NCBI GenBank assembly: GCA_964035545.1
Contig: OZ037768.1
Location: 6,046,741-6,110,740, forward strand
DNA length: 64,000 bases
Source: Bugula neritina
Lineage: Eukaryota; Animalia; Bryozoa
Direction: 5' to 3'
How positions within the stretch are numbered: position 1 is the stretch's first letter; every line of letters begins with the position of its first letter. The notes under the pieces were generated by a model. It did not search any database and was not told where the DNA came from. It was given only the letters and a program-made list of their open reading frames with translations. Below, piece after piece: positions 1 to 12,199 of the stretch. The translations under genes were made by a program, and so were the position numbers.

Positions 1-55
1 ATACATGTTATTATATTGAGCTAAAGTGGAAGTCAGACATGATAATCTACTTTAC

Positions 56-3000
56 CTGAACCAGTTTTTGTCTTTTCGAAGGATGGCTGGGTTTCCAATT
101 ACGATGAGCAAAGCCTTAGCTCTAGTGACAGCGACGTTGAATCTCTACAGATAAAAAAGATCCTTGGTGAGTAGAAAACTATGAGTCATTGTTTAATATG
201 ACAGGTTTTACTATATTATATAAAACGAATATTGAATAGTGTCACAGTAAGAACTATTTAAGTAAATTATTTACTAATAAACTAGAATAAATTAATACAA
301 TTAATTATCTTATTATTTTTAGTTATAAGCATTTTCAACATTGAAACATCAACGTTGAAGATACCATGCATTGTCATCTTTGACAGACACAAAATCAATC
401 TCACAATTATAAGTATATTTCTTACTCTTAACATTGGAAATTGATTATTTTCTATACTTTCACAAAATATTTCAATTCAGAGTAATTTAAGTAGAATAAC
501 TATTTGTATTTAAAAAGAATACCAAAGGTCTAAAAATTATAAAGTATGGTTGGCAAAAGCTAACTTACTCTTAAACTGTCATACAATTTGAAATGTTAAA
601 ATGTTTAATAATTTATTTAAAATATTATTTCAAGAAAGTAGTTCGAAAGCTTTCATTCAGGGGAAAACAAAAATATGAGTTCCTAATGTTTTTGACTCTC
701 CAAACCTCCCAAGTCCTGCAGACACCTATAAACATCTATAAAATAATCATGTAAAGATACCTTTGGATTACCCACAAAACCAATCTTGAAATCTCTGTCG
801 TGAGTTAGAAAAGACTCCTGGCTACGGACTGTGCTGATTATGATCACATCTCTTTCATCCCCCTGAAATCTTTCCACAGAACCAACTTTTATTTTTGCCA
901 AATTCAGACAATTTCCTTCATTTCTGGAGTCCGCAGTTCTTAGCGCTTGAGTTATTTTCTTCACCTAATTTGAACCGATCAACATATCACAAGTTTGACA
1001 AGACTAACAGCCGTAAAATCAACAAACAAAAACTGATTAATTATACTCATGAAATACAGCTGTTTAGAATTAAACAACATAGTAAATAAATACAGTACTA
1101 ACTATATTAGACTAGCTGTTCTAAATTAACATGATTTTTCAATAAAACAAACCTGCTGGTGATAGGGGGAAATAATTCCGATGTGATCCGGGGTTACTTT
1201 AAGGCTTTTGCATTTGAGCAGGTCTTGAGCATAGTTGAGGACCTGCATAACTTCAAACCTGTTGAACCACGAAGGGGATTTATCTTCTTGTTCCTCTTTC
1301 CCGTCAACACCGTGGAATATGAGAGGGAAATTTTTAGTGGGTAATCCCTAAGTGAAAAACACACTGGATATTGATTATTTTATCTTCATTGTAATGAAAG
1401 GTTTATAACTCAGCAAACTGATAACAACACAAAAAAATTTGCCTAACAATATGCAGTTAGGGATTTTCCCTAAATTAGTATAATTTTTATCAATCATGTG
1501 ATATATATTACATCATTATTGCACAAGGAAAATATTAAAAATAAACTTATAAACTAATAAACTAATAGTTGCCAGCTAATGATTAGCAGATTAGAACAGA
1601 GATAAATAAAGTTATTTATCTTGTTTGTAGCTTAACTTCTCCAATGGCCAATGGGTATACTCAAATACTAGCACAAATTTCAAATCAAACAATTTCAATT
1701 TGATCAACAAGAACTTTAATGATTAAAACAATCTTGTGGAGGAGATTTGCCACCAGCGTACTAACTTGACCTAAGACTATATCCTAAGTCAACTAAAGTT
1801 GCTGGTTAGATGACATTTGGGTGAAGTAGTGGGGAAATTGAGATAGCCTAAGCTCTTTATTTTTTTAAATTTTGATTTGAGGGCTGTATGGATTAATTCT
1901 CTCTTGGTCATAACTTCCTTTGCTGAATTTTTAATCTAGAACACAGACTTTTCTCAACCTCTCCAGCACCTCACCTACTTCATAGATGATGACTCTCCAG
2001 CTACCGAATAGCATGCAACTATGAACAACAGATTTTTCTCAACAGGCAAATAAGAATAGTTTCAGTTTTTGAATTTGTACCTCCCAATTGCAGAACTTTT
2101 CCCGCTGCATTCTATTGGCACAAGCTTGCAGCTCGTTCTCATAGAAACAAGAGTTTGGTACTTCTAGGATGTCAGGATGTGACCTGAAACTTCTCACTAG
2201 TTTAGTCACGTAGTTCTGGTTGAAGTGTCCACTTCTAGCGTCTCTCTGATAAATGTCAAATGACATCAGCCTCTCCAGTAGACTGATACCTAAGTGTTAC
2301 AACAAAAATAATACATCATGCATTGTAGGATTATTTAAAGAAAACCAGCATAGATCTGTTTGAAGAATTGGTACATTTTGATCCATTTTATAGGTGATTT
2401 TCCTCCTTAAAAATAAGAACAAATTATATTGGTAGGAACAAAGACTCATCGATGATAATAAATGCAGGTGTATTGTAGCCTGGCCAATGATAGCCTTTGA
2501 TTTTACAAGTAATTAACACTAGCATCTTAGCTAAACCAAAAACAGGTAACTCTGATGAACATTTCAAAGGAACAAGTATAGAAGTGGCACAACAAAGTAA
2601 TATTACGATACACAACAAATTAAAAACATCTTTGCTTATTACATTGTTATAATACAAGATGCCAGGTATATCATGTGCAATGATTGGTGGACACATTTCA
2701 GTTGATAACAGTTTGTAAGCCAACGCTGTTTCTACGTAACTTGCTATACTGTATGTGTGGAATCAAACGAGTCTACTTCATAAGGTTGGACATTGTTTTC
2801 CATCAGTTTATTATACAGCCGCAACTTGTCAAAACATCTAACATACAACACTGAGCTGTATGTTAACTGATTACTTTATGATAACATGCTGTCAACGCTC
2901 TTCTGATAAAATACCATTGTACCAAAATTTCAGCCAGATAACCACAACAGACAGCTGGCTAGTCATTGACTTATTCTGTCAGTTTACTCCATTATATTTT

Positions 3001-6000
3001 TACGGATAATTATTAAAATAAGATTTGAATAAATATATTTTCAAGAAAAAAACTTATGGAGTCAAGTAAATCTGCTCAACAGTGATTAGATGATGCCTTT
3101 GATTGTTTGATTTTGTTTGATTGCAAGAGAGATACATCAGCATAACACAGTGATACATTTAAAGTTGCAAACTTTGCCTACTACGAAACACACTAGTCAG
3201 CTATTTAAATGCTGCCCTTGAAAAATGTACCACATGCAAAATGGTCTGTACAACTCTTCAACTCTAAAGTAGATCTAATTACCACCCCTTCTAATTCCCA
3301 AATGTATATCACTATAACAAGTTTACAAGGCGTGCTTTATGATATATACCTATAAGCAACTGTAATAAAACTTTAGATACCGTAATTAAAACTATAGCTA
3401 TGTAACCTCATTAAGAGCTACACGTGGATCACAGATGGCATTTGTCAAATAACAAGAATGGGAAGACAACTTAAAAACATAATTACTCAGCAAATCTAAA
3501 GAATCATGTATGATAAGACAACTACTTCTTCTAGTCAGTTTTGTTTTGCTCAGTAAACTAGAAAACATTAAAACATTTTTCTCAAGTTGGGTGTTGAGTT
3601 AATAAGTAAAGGTTATTATTTGAGTAAATGGAAGGCCAGTTAAACTAAATAAACTATACTAAGGACATTAGATAAGAGTATATGTGAGTATATCGGGCCT
3701 ACCTAGTCTGGCCTTGGATGCGATGGGTGATCTAATGACAGGGCCGAGCTGCTGAGGGTCACCAACCAGCACTAACTGCCCAATCTTGATATCCAGAAGA
3801 CCAGATATGGGTATGACAGTCTCAGGTTCAGTGGCCTGGCCAGCCTCGTCTATGAAGATGTGTGTGAAGTGACTCCTCATATCAGCTGACACTAGTCTAG
3901 AATATTCCAGTAACCGTTTATACTTTATAGTATGCTGTACTACACTTTACCATACCATAAGGTATCATACCGTACCATATCATACCATAAGGTATCATAC
4001 CGTACCATGTCATACCATAAGGTATCATACCGTACCATACCATACCGTACCATACCATATAATGCCATACCATACCATACCATACCATACTATACCGTAC
4101 CATATAATGCCATACCATACCATACCATACCATACCGTACCATACCATATAATGCCCTACCATACCATACCATACCATACCATACCATACCATACCATAC
4201 CATACCATACCATATTATACCATACCATACCATACCATACAATGCCATACCATACCATATAATGCTATATAATAGCATGTTATGTCATACTATCTACTTA
4301 TATTTGCCTTATAATTGTTTCAACTTTTTATGAATAAAAATTTCAAAATAAAATTCAAATTGATTATTAATAAATTTAGGGCACGGATGTATGAAATGAA
4401 TACTTCATTTCATCGAATATAGAAAATGACTAATATAAGCATAATTTGGGCAAGTTTAATGCTAGCATAATCCTATGAATGCAACACACCATAGCTTAAG
4501 GCCTAAGTAATGCCCCTCACCTTCCACTAGTGACTAGAGTAGAGACTATTACTCTCTTTCTCATAAGAGTCCTTCGGCTAGGGTACTCTGCAATCATGTC
4601 CCCATCTTTAGATGGATCAGACAACTCCTGACTGCACACAGCTCTGTAGTTACTCACTGACTTTACCTAAAAGTGTTGCAGTTTGTATAGTTTCTTGGAA
4701 ATAATAAAAATAATTAAAAAAACATAAGCACAAGCAACGAAAAATTGAATTAAAACTGTCTTGATGGCGTGATTTGTTATAATTTATTTGTATAGTTGTA
4801 ATTTGTAATAATTTGTAGGCGTTTATAAGGATGTGGATCATTTACTGGTTTATTAGGTTGGATCCTTTATCATATAAAACCAAGTATTTATATAGATACA
4901 ACAAGTAGGAGGAGCTTACAATATAAGCAACTATTGTATTATGACAAAAACCATAACATATTGACTAATACCTGTGGGTCAACTTCACCATATGGTCTAG
5001 AAAGGGCGTTCAATCGGAGAATTCCATCTTTAGGAATGTGGTCTAACAATCTTTTGATGAGCAGATCAGCGGCTGCATTTTGTGAAGCACAGGCTAGTAT
5101 CTTGCTATCAGGAAATTCTTTGTAGACCTAAAAATGAAGGATACAATGTAAGCACATTTTACAGAGCTAGCAGAATAGAAATTGTGCAGCCATTACTTCT
5201 ACATAGAATTAAGCAACAGTAACAGTTTTAAAATTTATTTTGCTAGTACGAAAACCATTGAAATATAAATGTATAGTTCAGTAATGAGTGAAATTAGTTT
5301 ACATAGTAGTATAATGTACAACATAGAGTAATGAAAACTGATATCAACTGTTAGAATGTATAGCATAAGAACTTGTTTGATGGCCTCCACTAAAGTAAAA
5401 GTTTTGCCAGTTCCCGGGGGTCCAAATACAAGATAAGGGGCTGGCCTTGAGGTTCCACAGACTATGTGTTTTACTGCTGCAAGTTGCTCTTTATTCATTC
5501 TTATTTTCTCGTTGAAAAACCTATTAAGAGAAATTCTGGTATGTTTGTTTTATTTCATCAACATAATATTTAGCAAAACATAAATAGAATGAAATATATA
5601 AACATAATTAAGCTTATGTTTATGAGTTTTCAAGTTAGTATGCATATAACAGGTTTTATTTAATACTTCAATAGTATGTAGAAATGTTGACAACTTTGTA
5701 GCTGACGAAAGTATTATTTAATTAGAAACTCACTTTAAGTTGATTGTCTTTATGTTGCGGAATGGTCGAGCGGGAACACGAGAAGAAGGGAAAAGGAGAT
5801 GTTCCAGATCTGTACGAGGAACGGTCGCATCTGTGACAGCTCTATGTTCCAGCTTGATGGCCAGTCGGTTGAGTGTAAACTCGATGTCAAACACCATGTC
5901 TGGATGAAATTCGTGTACAAGTCTAAAAGTAAAGGCATTCTATTATTTATACAGTTGCACCCAAGCTAGATCAATTAAATGCTTACTCTAAAAAAGGAAG

Positions 6001-9000
6001 TTAAATTTCCAAAATAAACGGATTTAAAAAAATTCATTGATTCAATTTTAAAATATAATTGCTTTATAGAACGTATTTAATTTGATGCAGACTAACTTCT
6101 TGTTGAAACCAATGGATACATTATTCAAAGCTATCCTGTGAATGTAACCCTCGTATTTGTATTTTACAGAGCCTTTTTTCACAGTAGCATAAAGTCTGTC
6201 TCCTCTAAGCACAGATGGTTTGTTTTCAGCTAGACCTGGTACCTACATATATATGATATACAATACAACACAAATTTATATACTGTAAAATATACAAATA
6301 TAACTAACACTAAACCTATACCCTTACATGAAAAGAGTACAGCAGGTGTTAGTAAATCAAAGAAAAAACAATAATAACTGGTAAAACAGATCTAACTAAA
6401 TGTGTTTAAAAGAATAACACATCAACTGCAGGAGAAGTAAAGCCAAATTTGTCAATAGCCTAGGCTAAATAAAAATGTATCTTTTATTTCTGTTTTTAAA
6501 GAATGTATTAAAAAGGAAGAAGTGTACTTTACTCAGAGTATTTTTATAAATTATAAGATCAATTACATTAACACGTTGCCTGAGAAAACTCAAAGACCTC
6601 GAAATAAACAAATAACAATAACATTTATACTTGATTCCTTTTAGTGGAAACATTATTTAAACATGAAAATGTGTACGCAGTACCATTTCAATTGGTTTCT
6701 GTTCTACTTACATCTTAAACAGATGTCTAGTGTACTTATGTAACATTGCAACAGGTCTGAACCATTAAAATTGCTACAAGAGTTCAGCCTTGCTATGTAT
6801 CAAGGTTTTTGCATCATATAAATTTGTTACTACGGAACAGAAATTTTTATAATTCAAACTCTAATCACTAATTCAAGTTTAGAAAAACTTGGCAAAGCAA
6901 ATATCATACATTAAGCTGAAAAAACCGTTCTCTAGAATTCTTTCTTAGTTGAACACCATACATGGCATAGTGTGCCACATCATCCCACATTTGAATTTCC
7001 TCAAAGTAAAGTAGCTTGTTGAAGATACAGGAGTAGTCGTCAAACGTCAAAGACTGTAACTTTAGCTTATTTCTAAAAGAACATAAATGCAATGATGGTT
7101 TTATCCTACGTTTTTGTTAGTTGTAAGATAAAATTTCGTGCATCAATAGGCATTGTTCTGTGGTTATACACTCAAAAATTGAAGTATACAACATTTTAAT
7201 ATTTTTGACTAAAGGAATTCTAAATCTGTAATACTAAAATGTGTTAAAGAGTGGGTAGAACAAATAAAAAATAAACACATTGTTTTGCTTACACAATTTA
7301 AATTTTCTTATCTGATGTATAAAGAAAAAAATGATGTGCTTTTCTAAAATTTTGATATGACATGAAAACAAACCTACGATATATGTCAAATACAAAACGC
7401 AGTCCAAATTTACGAATTATACTTATGGCGATTGCCAACAGCAGCATTATTCGTTTTAGATCACATTGTTATAATCTGAATAAATAGGCTTACAACAAAA
7501 CTTCGATTCTATCGTTTCCAGTTGCATGGCACGCCACATCTATAGATTGATAGATGCAGTTAGGAATTGAATAATTTTCTAAGTTGATGACTCGTTCCAA
7601 AGAGTAATTCTTTCTGAAAATATTGAGTAACGGTATAACCATGTAGATACAATGTAACATGATTGGTGTAACACGTTGATACTAACAAAATTGCCAACAT
7701 TAAAAATATAATAACAATACATATAACAAAGAAATATTTTCACAATCAATTCAACATTTCCATGTGATGAATGGGTATATGTTGATGAATATAAACCATT
7801 TCTGATACACAAAAGTGAGCATATTTACAAAAATTTACTTTATATCAGGCTGGGAATCACTAGGAATAAAATGATGGAAATCTGGTAGTTTGACTTTAGG
7901 CTTCACATATGGTCTGTTGGGCTTCAATTCTTCAAACAGCTGCTGGTCGCTAACGCACTGGTATAAAATCTCACGCAAGAGGCGAAAACTCTGCGCTCGT
8001 GAAAATGAAAGCTCAAGGGGTATCCTAAAACGGCCTATGTAATCAGATTTCACACTCATTTCAATTTCGTGTCTTTCTAAAAATAAATAATAATAGAAAT
8101 TAAAACATCGGCATAGATTAAATGTCGTGCATTCATCGACTTTTAGTTTATTAAATAAATAGGAACTATAAAACATTTGAATGAAGCTAGACTGTAAAAG
8201 CAAATCAATAAAAATTAATGGATTTATCAAAGTAATATATATATATTATTGGGTGTTCCTAGTGCTGACAAGAAAATATAGTATTTATGAGATTATTAGC
8301 AACAAGTTGATGCTGCTTTGTATTCTCAAAGCTTAACCCAGTGTTATGCGCCTGCAGTCTCATACCTTTTGGGTTTAGGATAACTTCTTGCAGATGGTCT
8401 TGCATTTCAATTGCTACGCATGACAGACTTTCAATTTTGGCACACGAGTTTATTTTTAAAGAGCTTGAATTATATGTGTTTGTCACAACCACTTTCAAAT
8501 TTTGAGACTGATCAACTTCTCCGCTTAGATGCAAAACAGCGTCGCTTTCCAACGCATCATTGACAAATGATACCTTCACACCACTAGCACTTCCTAACAA
8601 CTTTGGTCTGAAACAAATTGTAGAAATATATTATATATCATTTAGAAGTGGCATAAGCTTAGTTTGTGATGATAGTGAATGATAGATAGCACAGGCTAAT
8701 ATGGTAGATCATAGTTAAGGAACTGATTCTGTAAGCAAGATTTCCTGAATTGAATTTACTTTAACTTAAAATAAATTACATGAACACCTCAGATTTCACA
8801 AAACATCTATTAAAAATCATTTTTAAAACTATTTTAATGTTTAGTGCACAAGCACTAGCACTAGGTTTAATGACTCGTCACTAGAAAAATAAATTTAGGA
8901 ATAAGTTCTTGTTATAATGCTTACAAAAAGCAGCTGTAGGTAGATGAGGTATAATGTAGGTTAATATAGGTTGGAAAACTAGTGTAGGTATGTCGCCATA

Positions 9001-10599
9001 GCAAAGATTTTACCTAGAAGCAATGTACTCATTCTTTTTTTTACGAAAAATATGTCTTCGTTCTTTCACATGTTCCAACATGCTTGAGTAATCAGAAAAT
9101 CTAAGATCACACACATCACAGGTGTATGGGCAAACCATAGGTGCTGGCTGAAGGCTTTGAGTGTCAAAAACTTCGTTAGGTATTTCTGCAAACTCTTCTG
9201 TGATGTAGTGATTTTCCAACTCTTGTCTTTTACTAAATTCTTTGCCACAGCCTTGAATACTACACAGAAATCTTTTGCTAGATATTTCCTACAAACATCA
9301 CACAACAAATGCTAGTGGCAACATAAACACATATGAAAATTTGTAAATTTTTTCTAACAAGCTTTTATCAATACGTTAGTCAATATGCATAAATGCCTAG
9401 TCCTTTCAATATAATAAAAAATTTATATTATGCTTTTCTATTTTTTTCATAAATACTGAGAACCAAAACAATATTTTTCTGACTAACACATAACATTCTT
9501 TTTTTAGGGAGTAGTGGCGTTCTAGGGGTTAGAGCGTTTGCTTAGTAAACACGAAGTCATGGGTTCAAACCCCAACAAAGGCCATTGGTGATGTTAGGAA
9601 GAGCATCCAGTCATAATTGCTCCTGTGCCTAATCTGAACAAGTCCTTAGCCCAATCTAACAAAAACCCTTTCCATCAGGGGTTTCTCAAAGGGATAGCGA
9701 CTATAAACTTGCGTGAGTTTTTTTTATATAAGATTCTATTTTAATCATCACCCCAAGACAGTTAAAAGCAATTCAAATATTCAATTTAAAACATAAGGTA
9801 AAGCCGCTGGTAGCAAAGTACTACTCCCGCTGCTGCTACTGCTACTACTACTACTACTACTGTTACAGCTACTAGTAGTAGTGGCAGCAGCAGTAACAGC
9901 AGCAATATGCAGCACTAGCAATAACAGAGTTAGGTATAGAATTGCAACTTTTTACGATAAAGCCAATGTTAAGCAAAAATCCAAATTTACAGTGGTGGTA
10001 ACAGAAACAACAGCAGTGAAAATAGTAGTAATTGGTAAAAATTAGTAGTTTTATAGCTGAATAGTAACTTCCAAGACTAGAAACTTACATCATTTTTAGC
10101 CAAGTTTAAGGCAGCATAACGATGGGCCTCAGACTGTTGATGACTAGCACAACCAGAAAACGATGGAAACCCTCGGTTGCACACCCAGCAGACAAAGAAC
10201 TGAGCTGAAGTCATAGTGCTTGGATTAAGGGTGAACATGATCGCCTGGCCATCAAACACATCAATGTAAAGTGGTTTCAATATAACTTGTGACTGCTTAA
10301 AATAGACAAACTTTTTCTTCATTAAGAATTTCATCACATCTTCAAATAGATATCTACAAGTACATAACAAGCTTTTCAATATTTTCATCTCAAGTAATGG
10401 CAATGCATGAGTATTTAGCTACATTTAGAGATGAAGTTAAAATGGCATACTGGTAAGCTGATGAACGAAGAGCTAGATAATTTCGAAACTCTGTCTTCAA
10501 TCCCTTCTTAGAAAAAAATGTGTAGTTGTAAGGGGATACATCAGTTTCAAGCAGAAATCTAGCTGTGAAATTTATCAACTCTGAGTCAAATGTGGCCAT
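56..10599 (-). CDS. MOV10: MOV10-like UPF1-family (SF1) RNA helicase with N-terminal zinc fingers; last exon(s) lie beyond the left edge
   Basis: Spliced exons (minus): 10451-10599, ~10088-10353, 9014-9288, 8366-8607, 7839-8076, 7494-7613, 6910-7072, 6097-6242, 5734-5922, 5373-5520, 4972-5127, 4521-4666, 3703-3896, 2081-2289, 1153-1347, 761-964, 56-144. Motifs: [15 protein letters not shown] (MOV10 signature), GPPGTGKT (Walker A), [12 protein letters not shown] (Walker B), [46 protein letters not shown]. Confidence 0.93.
1818..1977. mobile_element. Small MITE family A, copy 1 (degraded)
   Basis: Begins ..AGTAGTGGGGAAATTGAGATAGCCTAAG and has internal TTTTAATCTAGAACACAG. Aligns by eye with 52454-52615 and with the reverse complement of 60957-61073. 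Confidence 0.7.
3948..4260. repeat. (CATAC)n pentanucleotide microsatellite with three ~30-bp higher-order units at its left end
   Basis: Tandem CATAC with variants (CGTAC, AATGC). CATACCATAAGGTATCATACCGTACCATNT occurs three times at 3951-4040. Explains the repetitive MVWYG/YHTIP ORFs. Confidence 0.97.
9507..9726 (+). mobile_element. tRNA-derived SINE in a MOV10 intron
   Basis: Pol III A-box-like TGGCGTTCTAGGGG and B-box GGTTCAAACCC in a tRNA-like head, followed by a non-tRNA body (GGTGATGTTAGGAAGAGCATCCAGTCATAA) and a terminal T-run. No complete cloverleaf acceptor stem. Confidence 0.75.
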
Positions 10600-11299
10600 T
10601 GCCCCTACAAAAATACAAAAAATCAAGTAAAAATTATATATAATGAAGCAGGAACAAAAGAGCATTTATTTTTAGCATTTATTACAACTATAAGAAACAT
10701 TGTCTGGTTTTACACTAAATTTATACTTGTAATTACTAATTGTTATCATTATGATTATTATAATTCGAATGAAAGTAATGATGAATGGAATATTAATAGT
10801 GATGTTGTTGAAAATAGGAATAAGTTGATATGACTAAACCAACTGACACAGTTTTAGTAATTACTAAATAGCAGAGTTTGAGGATATCATAATTATTATA
10901 TTAGGTAAACAAATGCGAATGTGTATTATAACAATTAATGCAAAGAATATATATTTTAATACAATTAAAATGAGAATAGTCATTTAATATTAATAATAAG
11001 TATAACCTTACTGGTTTATTTTATGATGATCTACAGTCAAAATGAGAATAGTTATTTGTTTAACTAGTACGAGTTGAATCAGCAAAAAATTATGCTTGGT
11101 TTTACTTAGTTGACACAAATTAAATGTATAACATACTGATACTAATACTCAATAGTGGTACTTCTTAGAGTTAGATTGGTTGCTGTTGAGCGCTTACTAA
11201 TTAACAGTATCAATATGAATATACAGCACTATGCCAAGCAAAAAATAGGCGAGTTAAAATACGTTAAAAACCTCTAAGGTTTGTTCACTGACTCTCTTG

Positions 11300-11930
11300 A
11301 CACCAACCACTAAGTCTAGTGAGTAATCTGTAACGACTATTGGCTATAATTGCTTTCTATATAATATATATTTCAAAAAAGCTTCGTAGCGTGAATAGCA
11401 GTAATCATTTTTAAAATACTCTTAAAACTGCAAAGTCAATTTAAATTTTTTAAAAAAAATGCAAAGTCAATTACTAAGTTAACATTTTTACTGAATCTAT
11501 TTTTTATCTACTGAAAGTGAATCTCAATATGAAAATTGAGTTGTAATAAAATAATATACAGCACGCTGTACTAAAAAAAACCGCGTGAGGTCTATATTGA
11601 GCCTATTAAATTAGCGCGGCTTTAGTTCAGGTTCTGACACGTTACTGGTATTTTCGCGAAACCCATGACACTTTCACATCTTATTACCTGCAGCGTAACC
11701 TCTCCCACCTCGACTTTGAATAGCTCGGTTTGTCAGTCTAGGATCGGCGTTTACTTTATTTAACATTTCTCACATACTGGGCCTGGCAGAGTCAGAGTGT
11801 TATTCACTTTAGCAAAAATCTACCAATCGCTCTTGGTTTGTGATTACTTTTGTGTCACAATAAAGATTGTTGGCTTACGTAAAAAAACGTTTACCATTAG
11901 TGGTTCTGACTGAAAACTTCAACATAAGTG
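11300..11930. promoter_or_regulatory. Probable bidirectional promoter between MOV10 (-) and SENP8 (+)
   Basis: The divergent start codons are ~1.6 kb apart (10599 and 12200). CpG is locally enriched at 11560-11830, with palindromic TTTCGCGAAA (E2F-like) at 11652-11661 and CCAAT at 11823. Confidence 0.55.
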
Positions 11931-12199
11931 AGGCTATTATAGGCTTCTGTTATCTGTAAAATAAGTGCTTGGACTTATTCAACTAAAACTATTACTGTAT
12001 TAGTATTAGTATTAATATTATCAGTATCATCATCATTATGTAACTTGTCGTACATACTTGTGCTAGTATAACTATATAGGCATTGTTTTTAAACTGCTGT
12101 ACTTCAAAGTTCATGAATACTGAATATTGTAAATGGTTATAATCTTTATATTATCTTCAGGGATTTAAAAAGAGAACAAAACTGATATCCAACAGCTGT

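Noticed and set aside
2700-2960. Possible repeat family shared with ~37210-37345
   Set aside because: Only short matches (TAAGCCAAC, AACTTGCTATACT); boundaries and termini could not be defined by eye.
3948-4260. CRISPR-like or other spacer array
   Set aside because: No unique spacers; simple tandem repeat in eukaryotic DNA with no cas genes.
3918-4333. Four overlapping repetitive ORFs (MVWYG.., YHTIP..)
   Set aside because: Translations of the (CATAC)n microsatellite inside a MOV10 intron.
8667-8726. Possible box C/D snoRNA (GTGATGA...CTGA)
   Set aside because: No convincing terminal stem. The only rRNA-complementary stretch I noticed (TCATAGTTA) is short and not directly adjacent to the D box.
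9066-9308. ORF beginning [10 protein letters not shown] as an extra zinc knuckle
   Set aside because: The CDVC lies in the intron's acceptor region and in a different frame from the spliced exon 9014-9288.
9507-9585. Functional tRNA gene
   Set aside because: A/B boxes are present but acceptor-stem pairing is absent, and the sequence continues into a SINE-like body.
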